A stretch of 63,858 bases of DNA, counting the filler, from Octopus bimaculoides (lineage: Eukaryota): assembly GCF_001194135.2 (NCBI RefSeq). It is 9 parts of 8 records of this genome, joined end to end, with 100 filler letters (N's around TTAATTAATTAA, not from the genome) between each part and the next. Parts side by side here need not be neighbours in the genome. Positions count along the whole stretch, not along the records: positions 61,241 to 63,858 come from NW_026376199.1; 8 more parts are not named here. One strand, 5' to 3'. The number at the start of each line of letters is the position of its first letter. The first letter of the stretch is position 1. Both the position numbers and the translations under genes were made by a program. The notes beneath the pieces are model-generated. The model was not told the origin of the DNA and ran no database searches. It saw only the letters and a list, made by a program, of their open reading frames with translations. Of this stretch, positions 61,608 through 63,858 are shown piece by piece.

Positions 61608-62615
61608 ACCACAGATTTGCCTGTCAGTTGTTTGACCGTAACCAGTTGAGCATGTCCCTTGGTGGCTGACGATATGTGCATCTCTGATCATGAGCAGAAG
61701 TAGTGGGGGAGCATCATAGCCATGTGTTGAAAGGGATTCTTTGGGGTTTGAATAACTCACCTCTGGTAACATGGGTGTTTCCTTCATCATCCTTAAGCAA
61801 CCCTTATTCAGGCACCTTTTGAGCAGAATGGGCATATACATATATTTCTTTTNNNNNNNNNNNNNNNNNNNNNNNNNNNNNNNNNNNNNNNNNNNNNNNN
61901 NNNNNNNNNNNNNNNNNNNNNNNNNNNNNNNNNNNNNNNNNNNNNNNNNNNNNNNNNNNNNNNNNNNNNNNNNNNNNNNNNNNNNNNNNNNNNNNNNNNN
62001 NNNNNNNNNNNNNNNNNNNNNNNNNNNNNNNNNNNNNNNNNNNNNNNNNNNNNNNNNNNNNNNNNNNNNNNNNNNNNNNNNNNNNNNNNNNNNNNNNNNN
62101 NNNNNNNNNNNNNNNNNNNNNNNNNNNNNNNNNNNNNNNNNNNNNNNNNNNNNNNNNNNNNNNNNNNNNNNNNNNNNNNNNNNNNNNGGGCAGGACGCAT
62201 CGTTAAAACGGCTCTTCCCATGGACCGCAAATTAAATTTGTATACACAAATTAAACCTGTGCCATGGAGGAATGTAGTGGCGGACAAAAAACAAGACAGG
62301 AAAACAAATGGGAAAGAAAACAAAACAGGAAAACAAACGGAAAAGGCCAAGCGGCCAGACGTGAAAAATTATGCGTATATGAACGCACACACCATATATA
62401 TACAATGTTAAGAAAATTCGAACTGGTCCCCATCTGCAAGGTAATGCGCTGTCTATCTCGATGTGAGATCATCATGTCACGCACATATGGTTGTGATGCA
62501 TGTGCCTGGTGTACCCTTATCACATGGGTAGTCATGATGGGTATATTGGGCTTCGTATATTTTACCCCAGTGTCCCTTTGATGGCATGCTCTGCTCTCTC
62601 ACTCAATAATAATAA
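61608..62615 (+). mobile_element. Family F pieces either side of a gap and an unrelated insert (61608-61830; 62455-62615)
   Basis: Same motifs as 6492-6850; ends GCTCTCTCACTC(AAT)n. Confidence 0.75.
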
Positions 62616-62762
62616 TAGAAGCAAAAATAGAAGAGTGCCATTGCTATCAAGTGAACGATATTTCGACATCTTGTGTATCTTCCACAGGTTCAAAAAAATA
62701 AACTTGACAATCGACTTCATTTTGGTTAATATATATATAGGACTGAGGTGGTGGTAGTAGTA

Positions 62763-62789
<27 letters not shown>

Positions 62790-62794
<5 letters not shown>

Positions 62795-63350
62795 CCTTTC
62801 TGTTATAGGCACAGGGCCTGAATTTTGGGGGAGGGTGCAAGTTGATTACATTGACCCCCCAATATTCAACTGGTACTTGTTTTATCAACCCTGAAAGGAA
62901 GAAAGGGAAAAAAATCAACCTTGGAGGAAGTTGAATTCAGAAAGCAGCAACGGGCGAAATACCAGTAATTATTATGTCCAGTAGGCTAACGATTCTGCCA
63001 GCTCGTTGTCTTTTATCATCATCATCATCATCGTTTAACGTCCGCTTTCCATGCTAGCATGGGTTGGACGATTTGACTGAGGACTGGTGAAACCCGATGG
63101 CTACACCAGGCTCCAATCTGATTTGGCAGAGTTTCTACAGCTTTTATGGTTTCAAATTTTGGCACAAAGCCAGCAAAGTTCGGTTGCCGGTGGGTAGGTT
63201 GATTACATTGATCCCCAGTATCCAACTGGTACTTATTTTATCAATTCAGAAAGGGATGACAGGCAAACTTCACCTCGGCAGAATTTTGAACTCCGAACAT
63301 AAAAAAAAAACAAAAACAGCATTTCACCCAGCATGCTAATGATTCTGCCC
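62790..63350 (-). mobile_element. Two SINE B copies flanking a different retroposon tail (63015-63140) ending in (GAT)n on minus
   Basis: B motifs at 62790-63010 and 63140-63350; the middle reads (CAT)nCGTTTAACGTCCGCTTTCCATGCTAGCATGGGTTGGACG. Confidence 0.75.
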
Positions 63351-63618
63351 CCCCCCCCTCGCCTCACTTACTCACCCAATAATAACAACAAAAACAACAA
63401 CAATGAAAATAATAATAATAATAATTTATTACATATGTATGAGAGAAGCCTCAGATTTGCCAAGAGAGTGAAAACAAGAAGGAGTAACAATCTATTGTGT
63501 TTTGAACAACTCCTCTTGGTCAACATCACCACCACTACTACCACCACTACTACTACTACCACCAATAGTATAATACTAATGTTAAGTAAATTACAAAACT
63601 TTTGTGNNNNNNNNNNGT

Positions 63619-63655
<37 letters not shown>

Positions 63656-63826
63656 CACACACACACACACACACACATGTAAATGTGTATGCATGTATAA
63701 TGTACATATACCAATGTCTGTGTGTGTGTTCACATGTATAGATATGAATACATATAGACACATATGCATACACATGTATACATATATTATATACATATGT
63801 AACTTGCATGTGTATGTGTGTATATA

Positions 63827-63858
<32 letters not shown>

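Noticed and set aside
61581-61841. ORF ...KESLSTHGYDAPPLLLL... recurring at 52246-52428
   Set aside because: The recurrence reflects antisense translation of family F repeats, not a gene family.

Overview
AT-rich, repeat-saturated animal DNA with about 10% N. The SINE set and microsatellite load suggest an octopus (inference; no database check). I cannot support any intact protein-coding gene, and most of the ORF track is microsatellite or N-gap artefact. The window contains: (1) four tRNA-derived SINE families, labelled A-D here, in more than 50 copies that share and swap modules; (2) 3' fragments of R4/Dong-like non-LTR elements, each abutting (TAA)n; (3) several Tc1/mariner/pogo fossils and two MITEs; (4) a decayed Ty3/Gypsy LTR element (LTR-PBS-gag-protease); (5) Penelope-like element (PLE) debris with at least 8 hammerhead-ribozyme motifs. 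The hammerheads are the most interesting signal. Two have an intact catalytic core (42838-42891 and 6014-6081), one of these sits in a 486-bp terminally redundant unit, and two others carry a U3-A8 core swap. Three short plus-strand exon-like segments join in one open frame and may belong to a host gene with very large introns (low confidence). Eight 100-bp N44-TTAATTAATTAA-N44 spacers are scaffolding artefacts, so long-range adjacency is uncertain. Repeat boundaries were placed by eye and are approximate to about 10-20 bp unless a target-site duplication (TSD) or terminal inverted repeat (TIR) is quoted.
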